Assembly (NCBI GenBank): GCA_016207275.1
Contig: JACQPY010000017.1
Span: forward strand, 2,479 to 66,478
Direction: 5' to 3'
DNA length: 64,000 nt
Source: Candidatus Kerfeldbacteria bacterium
Lineage (GTDB): Bacteria > Patescibacteriota > Patescibacteriia > SBBC01
The translations under genes and the position numbers were made by a program. Shown here in pieces: positions 29,414 to 37,718 of this stretch (the stretch's first letter is position 1; each line of letters begins with the position of its first letter). The notes below the pieces were generated by a model. The model saw only the letters and a program-made list of their open reading frames with translations. It did not search any database and was not told the DNA's origin.

Positions 29414-30562
29414 ATGCGCATCGGCCTCGATGCTCGATTTTACGGACCGCACGCCGGCACCGGCATCGGACGCTATACCAACCGCTTAATCGAGCAGCTG
29501 GAACGTCTCGATCAGGTCAATGCGTACGTTGTTTTTTTACGCGACGATAATTTCGATTTTTACCACCCGGCCAACCCGCGCTTCAGTAAAGTCCGCGCGC
29601 CATGGCGGTGGTACTCACTCGGTGAGCAGGTTGGTTTTCCGCGGCTACTCCGGGCGCACCGCCTCGAGCTAACCCACTTCCTCCACTTTAACGTCCCGTT
29701 GGCCGCCCCGGCGCCGTTCATTACAACTATCCACGACCTGATCTTAAATAAGTTCCCGACCGCCCGGGCATCGACCCTAGGACCAGTGCGGTACTGGTTC
29801 AAGCACGCCGCTTACCAGGCGGTCATCCGTACGGCGGCGCGTCGGGCGGAGCGCCTTATCGCCGTGACCCAACACACTAAGCACGACGTGGTGACTAGTT
29901 TTCGATTACCGCCGGACAAAGTTGATGTCGTCTACGAGGCCGCCGACGCCGCCCAGCCGTTACCGCTCGTCTCAGCGGAACAACTCAAGCGAAAATTCGG
30001 CTTGTCCGACCCCTTCATCTTCTACGTCGGTACGGCGTACCCGCATAAGAACTTGGAACGATTGGTTGAAGCGATCGCTCGACTTAACCGATCGGGAACC
30101 AGGCTTACCCTCGTTTTGGCTGGCCGTGATGACTACTTCTATCGACGGCTGAAAAAGTTGGTCGCGCTGCGGGGCTACAACCAGCGTGAACGAATCATTG
30201 TTTTCACCGGCTACATCAACGACGACGTGCTCGATGCCTTCTATCGCGCTGCCCAGCTCTACGTCTGTCCGTCGCTGTACGAAGGCTTCGGTTTGCCGGG
30301 TTTAGAGGCGATGGCCCGCGGCACGCCGGTGCTGTCGGCCCGCCGCTCGTCGCTACCGGAAGTCTACGGTGACGCTGCCGCCTACGTTGATTCGGAAAAT
30401 GTGACCGCGTTGGCGGCCAGCATCGGCCAGCTGCTTCGTGACGATGCCCAGCGACAGGAGCTGCGCCGGCGAGGCTTTTCCAGGATTCAACAGTTCAGCT
30501 GGGAAAAGATGGCCGAGCAGACCCTGGCCGTGTACAATGCAATTGGAGCGAAGCATTTATGA
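29414..30562 (+). CDS. GT4 glycosyltransferase
   Basis: MRIGLDAR, TIHDL, HKN, PSLYEGFGLPGLEAM. Confidence 0.93.
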   Translation: MRIGLDARFYGPHAGTGIGRYTNRLIEQLERLDQVNAYVVFLRDDNFDFYHPANPRFSKVRAPWRWYSLGEQVGFPRLLRAHRLELTHFLHFNVPLAAPAPFITTIHDLILNKFPTARASTLGPVRYWFKHAAYQAVIRTAARRAERLIAVTQHTKHDVVTSFRLPPDKVDVVYEAADAAQPLPLVSAEQLKRKFGLSDPFIFYVGTAYPHKNLERLVEAIARLNRSGTRLTLVLAGRDDYFYRRLKKLVALRGYNQRERIIVFTGYINDDVLDAFYRAAQLYVCPSLYEGFGLPGLEAMARGTPVLSARRSSLPEVYGDAAAYVDSENVTALAASIGQLLRDDAQRQELRRRGFSRIQQFSWEKMAEQTLAVYNAIGAKHL

Positions 30563-32715
30563 GCTCACCCCGACCTTCTTCATCGACATCCCGGGATCCG
30601 GCGGTACCGGTCGAGAATATTCTTGATTTACGTCGATCTTCACTGTCGCCACGACCCCCGCGCCGTTCTGAGACGCTGGAAGCATTTTGGCGTCGGCCGC
30701 CACGACCGAAACGTTCGCCGCGCTCATGGTCAGCCTGGGCCAGAGCTCGGTTAACGGCCAGCGGCCGACCGACGCGACCATTTCGGTTAAATCCGTTTCC
30801 CCTGATCGCCGTTGGTCTGGTGGTTGTCTTCGCCGTCGGGCTGGCCGTCGCTCAGCTCGTTGGACTTCGGTCACAGGTATTGGAAATCGCTCAGGCTGGC
30901 TACCGTTCCCTGTCGGTGGCGGCCGCCCGCGCCGCCGCCCGCGACCTGACCGCGGCCCAGGCCGCTTTTGCCGACGCGGCGCAACAATTTCAGGCGGCCG
31001 AACAAGCCTTTGGTCGGCTTAACCCAGCGCTCGAGTCAGTCATTGTCAACGTGCCGATTGCCGGCTCAAAGCTGAAGAGCGCCCAGCACCTCGTGGCCGC
31101 GGCTCGAGCGGCAGCCCAGGCGGGGGAGCGGTTTAGCTCATTAGCCATTCCCCTGAGCGACAACGGCGAAGGCTTTTCCGAGGCCGCATCGTTGGTCGGA
31201 AACCTTGAGCGCGATCGCGTCAACCTGCGGCAGATCGTGGCTGATCTGGCAACGGCGGCTCACGAACTGAGTCGGGTTCGGTCGAATGATCTGCCGGCGC
31301 CGTACGCCGCCACGATTGGTGCCGTTCAGAAAGCATTACCCGGCTTGCGGGCCACCCTCGCCGGCTTCGAGAGCGGTACCCTGGTACTGGCTGATTTACT
31401 CGGCGTCGACCAGCCGGTCGAGTACTTGTTTGTCTTTCAGAACGCTAACGAGCTGCGGCCGACCGGCGGATTTGCCGGCAGCTTTGCCCTGATCCGAATT
31501 GACCACGGTGTGTTCCGCATTCTCGACGCGCCCAACCGCGGCAGCTTGGGGGTCGATGACTACCTGCCGGAGACTACTCGGCCGCCGCTGCCGCTGCAGG
31601 TGATCACGCCGAGCTGGTACTTCCGTGATGCCAACTGGTATCCTGATTGGCCGACCTCGGCCCAGCAGCTCGTCCGCTTTTACCAACAGGCGCGCGGTTT
31701 CGCCCCCCGCGGCGTGGTCGGCTTGACCCACCGGCTGATTGAGCGCCTGCTCGGCGTCACCGGCCCGATCGAGCTGCCCGCGTATGGCGTGACCATCGAT
31801 CAAGAGAATTTCGCGCGGGTGGCCCAAGAGCAGATTGAATTAAAGTATGATCTGCGGGTCAATGACCCAAAGAAGTTTATTGTTGACCTGGTACCCATCC
31901 TGGCCGAACGTTTAAGCCAACTCGATCTCAGTCAGTACCCGGCCTTGTTGGCGACTGCATTGGAAAGCGCCGCCACTGGTGACCTGCAGCTGTGGAGTGC
32001 CGAACCAGCAGTCCAAGAAAACATCATCACCCTCGGTTGGTCAGGGGCCATGAGGTCTCCTGACGGCGATTTTCTCGAGCTGGTCGATACCAACGTTGGC
32101 GGCGGAAAAACTGACGGCGTTATTGATCAGCAGATCAATCATCGGGTTGACGTCGATCGCGACGGTCGGCTGCTGGCGACGGTCGGCGTCACCCGGACCC
32201 ACCGCGGCACATTCGGCAATCCCTTCACCGGCTACCGCAACCGGACCTACCACCGCTTCTACGTGCCGCGCGGGTCACGCCTGCTCGGCGCTGACGGTTT
32301 TACCACGCTGCCGGCGTCTATTTTCTTGTCGCTGCCGGCGGGTTCAAAACCCGACCCGTTGCTGACCAGCACCGAGGGCCGCGTCGTGGTTGATGAGCAA
32401 TCCGGTACGCGGATCAATGACGAGTTTGGCTTGACCGTATTTGGCAATTGGACTGAGCTTGACCCGGGAGAAACCAAGACGTTCACGCTGACCTACGAAT
32501 TGCCGTTGACGCTGTCGACTGGTTTTGACCGGTACGATGTAACGATCGGTCGGCAGGCCGGCGCTCAACCGCGGCAGTACGATTTTAACGTATCACTGGC
32601 TGACGGGACAGTCGTGTGGAGTTCGGTTACCCAGGAAAAACTCAACGCCAAGCGCTACTCATACTCGGCCTCGCTAGAGTACAGTCGGTCGTTGTCGCTC
32701 ATCCTCAAGCGTTAG
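30559..32715 (+). CDS. DUF4012 domain membrane-anchored protein
   Basis: FQNANELRPTGGF, FRDANWYPDWP, NVGGGKTD, RFYVPRGS. Confidence 0.85.
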   Translation: MSSPRPSSSTSRDPAVPVENILDLRRSSLSPRPPRRSETLEAFWRRPPRPKRSPRSWSAWARARLTASGRPTRPFRLNPFPLIAVGLVVVFAVGLAVAQLVGLRSQVLEIAQAGYRSLSVAAARAAARDLTAAQAAFADAAQQFQAAEQAFGRLNPALESVIVNVPIAGSKLKSAQHLVAAARAAAQAGERFSSLAIPLSDNGEGFSEAASLVGNLERDRVNLRQIVADLATAAHELSRVRSNDLPAPYAATIGAVQKALPGLRATLAGFESGTLVLADLLGVDQPVEYLFVFQNANELRPTGGFAGSFALIRIDHGVFRILDAPNRGSLGVDDYLPETTRPPLPLQVITPSWYFRDANWYPDWPTSAQQLVRFYQQARGFAPRGVVGLTHRLIERLLGVTGPIELPAYGVTIDQENFARVAQEQIELKYDLRVNDPKKFIVDLVPILAERLSQLDLSQYPALLATALESAATGDLQLWSAEPAVQENIITLGWSGAMRSPDGDFLELVDTNVGGGKTDGVIDQQINHRVDVDRDGRLLATVGVTRTHRGTFGNPFTGYRNRTYHRFYVPRGSRLLGADGFTTLPASIFLSLPAGSKPDPLLTSTEGRVVVDEQSGTRINDEFGLTVFGNWTELDPGETKTFTLTYELPLTLSTGFDRYDVTIGRQAGAQPRQYDFNVSLADGTVVWSSVTQEKLNAKRYSYSASLEYSRSLSLILKR

Positions 32716-32828
32716 TTAAACGCTGAAGTTAGCCAAATAAATAAGGCTAACATTGGCCACAAGAGTGCCTGTGGACAATTTTTTGGCTTAGTTTAGGCAG
32801 TTTTTGCAGATCGGACAGAAGCTAGGTC

Positions 32829-32857
32829 TTGACAGGCAAACCATCCAGCTGTATCCT
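32829..32857 (+). promoter_or_regulatory. sigma70 promoter heading the accessory island
   Basis: TTGACA-17 bp-TATCCT. Confidence 0.7.
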
Positions 32858-32862
32858 ATCCT

Positions 32863-33530
32863 GTTTTACGCTCGAAGCTCGTCCATTACATCTTTAGTTA
32901 GGAGAGAGGAATTTGAGGAGAGAGCTTCCGCCTTCGGCGGAGGAACCGGGAACGGCCTGAGAAACCGTTTCGACCACATTCACAACCACACCGAAACGGG
33001 GTGGATTGTGGGCGCGAGCTCTTGCCTCATGTCCACGACCCACTCCGTTTTCGATACTCGGAGAGAAAACCCCTAACGGTTTTCTCTTCCGATGCCTCTC
33101 TTTCCGTATACGGTGTCGCGCCTTGCGCCTCCGCTACCCCGTACAATCCCGCTGACGGGGATATACGGGGCAAGGGGTCCGTCCTCGACCCCTGATCGCC
33201 TGCCCCGTATACGAGCGAAGCGAGTTGTACGGGGTCGGCGCGGCGGACACGACGAGTCGTTTCTGGAATTATGGAGGAGGAGGGCGATCGGCGGCGGTCA
33301 TGTCGCGCGGTGAATAACTGCGCCGCACGACCAAGTCGATCGGTTCGCTGGGCTTCGGCCCAAAAGCGAACATTCCTCACCTCCAGATGTCCGGAAATGA
33401 TTGGATCGTCCGGAGCGTTCGGCGATGGTCTCGAGCTTTTGCGCGAGATCTCCCGAGCGGTCTGCATGACCATTTGTTCGATCAACTCTCCAGCTCGTCT
33501 GGAACCGCTCCTCAGGGAACTGGGGAAAAA
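32863..33530 (+). ncRNA. Candidate long structured leader/ncRNA (family unknown)
   Basis: No convincing ORF; many hairpins including two C(UUCG)G loops; follows a canonical promoter. Confidence 0.4.
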
Positions 33531-33547
33531 CAGAGGAGGTTACGGTC

Positions 33548-33907
33548 ATGACCACGATTCGCTGGATTCTGTACGGTCTACTGGTCGCTTTCGGGATGGT
33601 CTTCGGCTACGAGTCGGTCAGCGCCGACTACCAGTACAACGCCATCTTCTCCGGCGTGCTGGCGCTGATCATCACGCTGATCATTCCGTTCTGCGTACCG
33701 CGAAGGACGAAGATCTTCGTCACGATCATGGCTTTCACCGGTACGGCCTTTCTGCTGATGAGCCTCCTGGTGTACCGACTCAACCCGAAGGAGCTTGTCT
33801 ATCTGGTCCCGGTCGCATTCGGCCTGATCGCCCACTTCGGGGCCGCACTCTCCCTCAAGGACTTCGGCAAGGCAGACCGGATTCGAGACCGGTTTCGCTC
33901 CTCGTAG
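33548..33907 (+). CDS. Hypothetical 4-TM membrane protein
   Basis: GAGGAGG SD; four hydrophobic segments; GC3-biased codons. Confidence 0.8.
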   Translation: MTTIRWILYGLLVAFGMVFGYESVSADYQYNAIFSGVLALIITLIIPFCVPRRTKIFVTIMAFTGTAFLLMSLLVYRLNPKELVYLVPVAFGLIAHFGAALSLKDFGKADRIRDRFRSS

Positions 33908-33986
33908 CACCTTCAAGCCCACGACATCGTGGCAGGCGCGTAAAGATCGATCCGTGATCACGCGCCCCGGGGACAAGTTCTGATCA

Positions 33987-34011
33987 GACGCTGAAACAAG
34001 TTCAGCGTGAC
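33987..34011. repeat. REP-like palindrome copy 1
   Basis: gacgctgaaacaagttcagcgtgac. Confidence 0.75.
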
Positions 34012-34149
34012 AGTCAGAGCGAGTCCCCGGCAGTTCCGAGCCAACGGTGTGAGATAACATGGATGGTTCAGAACTGCTGTACCAGATAGATCATTGATTC
34101 ATACGTTCACGCAGAACCCATACTCGTTGTTCATCATGGAGGGACATGT

Positions 34150-34536
34150 ATGCGGTTCATCGTTCGGCACGGAAAGTTGGTGCGCACGAGCAACCGTTTC
34201 GGCGGATTCGAGAAGCAGCGTTTTCGCGATTCGTGGGAATTGCCGTGGCACCTCCGCTGGTCGCGCCGGTATCACCGGATTCTCAAGCACGAGCTTGCAG
34301 AGGAAGTTGTGGATCTCGATGTGCTCTTGTGTGTTGAGGATCTGCCGGACGTCGAGATCGAGTTCTGCGGAGACCGGCGTTTCGCCATTCAGCTCACCCC
34401 CGAAGGGTGCTTGCTGGTTCGTCACCAGCTGGCCTCCAACGGAGCGTCGCCGGTCAGCCCGGACGGTTCGTGCCGCGAGTCAATCATGCCGCGGTCGTGG
34501 TTCCGGCGCCATCCCCACAGCCCAAGCTGGCTGTAG
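34150..34536 (+). CDS. Hypothetical protein
   Basis: GGAGG SD upstream; 128-aa ORF with plausible codon usage. Confidence 0.6.
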   Translation: MRFIVRHGKLVRTSNRFGGFEKQRFRDSWELPWHLRWSRRYHRILKHELAEEVVDLDVLLCVEDLPDVEIEFCGDRRFAIQLTPEGCLLVRHQLASNGASPVSPDGSCRESIMPRSWFRRHPHSPSWL

Positions 34537-34602
34537 CCATCGTGGCAACCCGCCACCCTCTCGAGCTAAGGAATAGCTCGACCGTGAGAGGAGATGAATT
34601 TA

Positions 34603-34743
34603 ATGGAGCGCTGCGAGTTCTGCCATCTGCCTGAGGATCAGTGCATGTGTCCTCGGGAACCGGAGTTCGACCGGTTGGTACCGGTCGACGTAATGATCGG
34701 GCTAGGCTTCGCCGCCTTCGGCCCCGTCATCTCAAGGCGGTAG
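34603..34743 (+). CDS. 46-aa microprotein with CxxC...CxC
   Basis: GAGAGGAG SD; MERCEFCHLPEDQCMCPREP...; below the ORF-track cutoff. Confidence 0.55.
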   Translation: MERCEFCHLPEDQCMCPREPEFDRLVPVDVMIGLGFAAFGPVISRR

Positions 34744-34767
34744 CACCTTTGGGGTGAACGATCTGAT

Positions 34768-34843
34768 GATCCTGAACCAAGTTCAGGCGATCGTTCACCC
34801 TCCCATCCTTGTTCTTAGGATGCTGAAACGAGTTCAGCATGAC
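34768..34843. repeat. REP-like palindrome copies 2 and 3
   Basis: gatcctgaaccaagttcagg (34768) and gatgctgaaacgagttcagcatgac (34819). Confidence 0.75.
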
Positions 34844-34944
34844 AATGCGAGAACAAAGATGGGAAGACATCGTTAGCACATTACATCAACATTCACCTCA
34901 AACCACCCAACGCTTTCATTGAAAAGCGCGGCAGGAGATTAACC

Positions 34945-35481
34945 ATGGCTGAGATTCAGGGTATTCTGCAGGATTCTTCTCAGTTTCGTCGTTCGCTCAA
35001 GGAAGCGATCGCCGCGGCCGAAGATGCTATCTCGGTTGTCGAGGATCACGTCCTCGATGCTGAGAAGTATCTGGTTGTACTCGACGGCCTCAACGGCGAC
35101 AAGCCGACTGTGATCGTGGAGATGCATCGGAAACATTTCCGTTGGCTGTCGAATCATTTCGAAGGCCAGCGGACGCGGCTCGAGACGGAGCTCAAGAAGA
35201 TGTACGATCGTCGCGAGCGGATTTTCGCCGAACGCCACGCGGCAGCAGTCGCCAGGCTCAAGGCCCGACTCGAGCATCCGGCGCAGGTCGGAGTGTCCGA
35301 CACCTACAGTGTCCCAACGCTGATCGGCGTCGAGCGTTCGGCACGGCGCAAGCACCGCAAGCCCCGTCGGTACGTGGCTAAGGGCGAGCGCGTCAAGCCG
35401 CCCAAGGCCCCGCAGCATGGCAAGCGCAACAAGGCCAACAAACCCCAGCGTGGCCGCAAGCGGGTGGTGCAGGCGGCCTAG
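34945..35481 (+). CDS. Hypothetical coiled-coil protein with Lys/Arg-rich tail
   Basis: AGGAG SD; helical N-terminus; basic C-terminus. Confidence 0.75.
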   Translation: MAEIQGILQDSSQFRRSLKEAIAAAEDAISVVEDHVLDAEKYLVVLDGLNGDKPTVIVEMHRKHFRWLSNHFEGQRTRLETELKKMYDRRERIFAERHAAAVARLKARLEHPAQVGVSDTYSVPTLIGVERSARRKHRKPRRYVAKGERVKPPKAPQHGKRNKANKPQRGRKRVVQAA

Positions 35482-35816
35482 TCCGGCTGACGAACCCTCA
35501 AAAGGAGGAGGTGAACGGATTGACCTAACGCTCGTTTGAAAATCGTCCCGTCATCCGACCGGACGTCAGGCAGGGTGCACGTGCACTCCAAGGGGAAGAG
35601 CCTTGAACTGAATCTTCCCCAGCAGTTCCGAGCCATCGGTGTGAAAAAGCATGGATGGTTCAGATCTGCAGTTCGTTCCAATTTGCGTGGCAGTAGTCGG
35701 GCCCCGAACCATAGTTCACCCGCAGTGCAACCCATGGAGGAAGCACGGATGACAGAAGACTGAGTGTAATTCGACATCGTTTTTCCTGATCAAACTCAAT
35801 GGAGGAGGAGATCACC

Positions 35817-36272
35817 ATGTCGAATTCAAGCTTTGGACGGCGGCGTCGCCGCGCCAACCAGCGCGCGCAGTCGATCGTCGATCAGATTAACACCTGTATC
35901 CGCAACGGCCAGCTGCTCGTGGCGCACGCCATGACCAGTGCTGGCGAGGCAGTCAACGGCACGGCCGGGTCGGCGTTCTTCTTGGCGGCCGGCATGAGCT
36001 GTGCGGTCGGTCCAGTGCAGGCCAGCCGCGTCATCCGACGGATGGAGGCGCCGCGGGTCTACCGTTTCTCGCCGGATGATCCCGCTCACGGGGCCAATGT
36101 TAATGGCTACGGTAACGGTCAGTCGAGGCTGCATGCCTCGGTGACCGGACGGATGATGCCCCGCGATCGTCGCATCGACCCGGAGGATCGACCGCTCCGG
36201 CCCTGGCAGCAGCATCTCGTGGCGTCCTGGATGATCGACCAGGTCATCCGGACCACGCCAGCGACCTGCTGA
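35817..36272 (+). CDS. Hypothetical protein with N-terminal Arg-rich motif
   Basis: GGAGGAGGAG SD; MSNSSFGRRRRRANQRAQ. Confidence 0.7.
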   Translation: MSNSSFGRRRRRANQRAQSIVDQINTCIRNGQLLVAHAMTSAGEAVNGTAGSAFFLAAGMSCAVGPVQASRVIRRMEAPRVYRFSPDDPAHGANVNGYGNGQSRLHASVTGRMMPRDRRIDPEDRPLRPWQQHLVASWMIDQVIRTTPATC

Positions 36273-36381
36273 GAGGTCAGTACCTGACACCACGCATTCG
36301 CACCTCGCAGGTATCCTGCGACAGGGGACTCCCTCGACTTTGCTCGAGCGCGTCCCCTGCAGTTCCGAGTTACGGTCCATC

Positions 36382-36406
36382 GATCCTGAAACGAGTTCAG
36401 GATGAC
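36382..36406. repeat. REP-like palindrome copy 4
   Basis: gatcctgaaacgagttcaggatgac. Confidence 0.75.
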
Positions 36407-36727
36407 AGTCTGGACAGTGATTCAGCACTGCCTGCTCTTTTCAATACGAGGCTAGGAACCGGACCCCAGGAAATTCAAAATGAATTTCATAGGTACCCTC
36501 ATGGTGGCGAAGGGAAGATTTTTCTTCGAGCGACCTATGGTGAGCACAGTCGAACCAAGTCGAGAAGCGTTCGCGACTGGCTCAAATACTAAAAAATGTC
36601 TTTCGCTCGCCATCATGAGACGTCATCATGATTTCGGCGTGCTGCGGATAAACGCAAAGTGTGTTCCGAATGGATCGGAGCAGACTGCCGTACGGCAGCG
36701 TTTACCATGCAGCGTGGAGGAGCAGCA

Positions 36728-36793
36728 GTGAAGCGGATCAGCATCTTTTTCGCCCTGGCCGCGATCCTCGTGGCCGCTGTAACGACGAGCTGA
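36728..36793 (+). CDS. 21-aa hydrophobic peptide
   Basis: GGAGGAG SD, GTG start, MKRISIFFALAAILVAAVTTS. Confidence 0.4.
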   Translation: MKRISIFFALAAILVAAVTTS

Positions 36794-37001
36794 TCGTTTG
36801 AAGAGGACAAGCTTGAAAGGAGACCGTCCTCTTCACTCCCGAGGCTAGTAGTGGTACTACTAGGTTCAGGAGTGCTGCTCGATTCAAGACGGTGTCGTGA
36901 AGTGGTGGCAGCGCCGCGTGGATCGATTGCTGGTCCGCGGCGCGCTGTCACTCGTTTACGTCGAATTATGGCCACAAACCGACAAGGAAAGGAGTTCAGT
37001 G

Positions 37002-37331
37002 ATGGATCTGGAATTGGTCAAAGAGGCACTCAGTTCGCTGGCGGGCTTCGGTCTGCTGGCAGCCGGTTTCCTGCCGGTGGCGTTGATCACCATCAACGCC
37101 CGTACCAACGGCGCCTGGATCGGCGAGGTCGAGGACTGGCTGTCCTGGCGTCGTTGGACGGCGCTGACAGTCGCGGTGCTGGTGGTCGTTCGCCTGGTCG
37201 AGCGGCAGCAGCTGTCAACAGTCGAGCTCGTTGAGCTTGGAGTCTACGCGGTGTTCACCTTCGGTGTCATGCCGCTGGTGGTCAAGACAGATCGCCGCTC
37301 GCGGTTCTACCGTGGACAGGCGCTGCCGTAG
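37002..37331 (+). CDS. Hypothetical membrane protein
   Basis: AAGGAG SD; three hydrophobic segments; start reset to ATG 37002. Confidence 0.7.
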   Translation: MDLELVKEALSSLAGFGLLAAGFLPVALITINARTNGAWIGEVEDWLSWRRWTALTVAVLVVVRLVERQQLSTVELVELGVYAVFTFGVMPLVVKTDRRSRFYRGQALP

Positions 37332-37601
37332 CTTCGATCTGCACCGTCAGTATCTTGGGAAGGTCGTTGTTTCTTCGCGGCGACCTTCCTCCTCCCGAGT
37401 TCCGCAATAGTTACGGTGGGGGACTGGGAAGGGCGAGCTGAGGTACCGCGATCGTTCAATCATGACCAAGGAATGTCGTTTCTCCGCAGCGATCCGGTCA
37501 GAACCGGTCCACGCTTGACTCGTCGCACACGTTTCCCCGCGTCCGCGGGGATCAATCTCTCTCCTCACGGTGCAGCAGTTGAGTACGGATCGAGTCCGGG
37601 T

Positions 37602-37640
37602 CCCATGAAATCCTAAGCGGATTTCATGGGTGCCCTTTCT
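37602..37640 (+). terminator. Hairpin, possible terminator closing the island
   Basis: cccatgaaatcc/ggatttcatggg perfect stem; weak U tract. Confidence 0.45.
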
Positions 37641-37718
37641 GGCCGGTTCGTTGCGGTTAAGGCATGGAAAATCTTGAAAAAAAGGTTTTTTTGTGGTACA
37701 GTCCAGCGGATTACGGCT

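Noticed and set aside
32804-33555. ORFs 32804-33076, 33027-33485(-) and the 5' part of 33271-33957
   Set aside because: Composition typical of translated palindromic non-coding DNA; they overlap the promoter or hairpins
33987-36406. CRISPR or integron attC array from the four palindromes
   Set aside because: Irregular spacing, no GTTRRRY/RYYYAAC cores recognised, no integrase or cas gene
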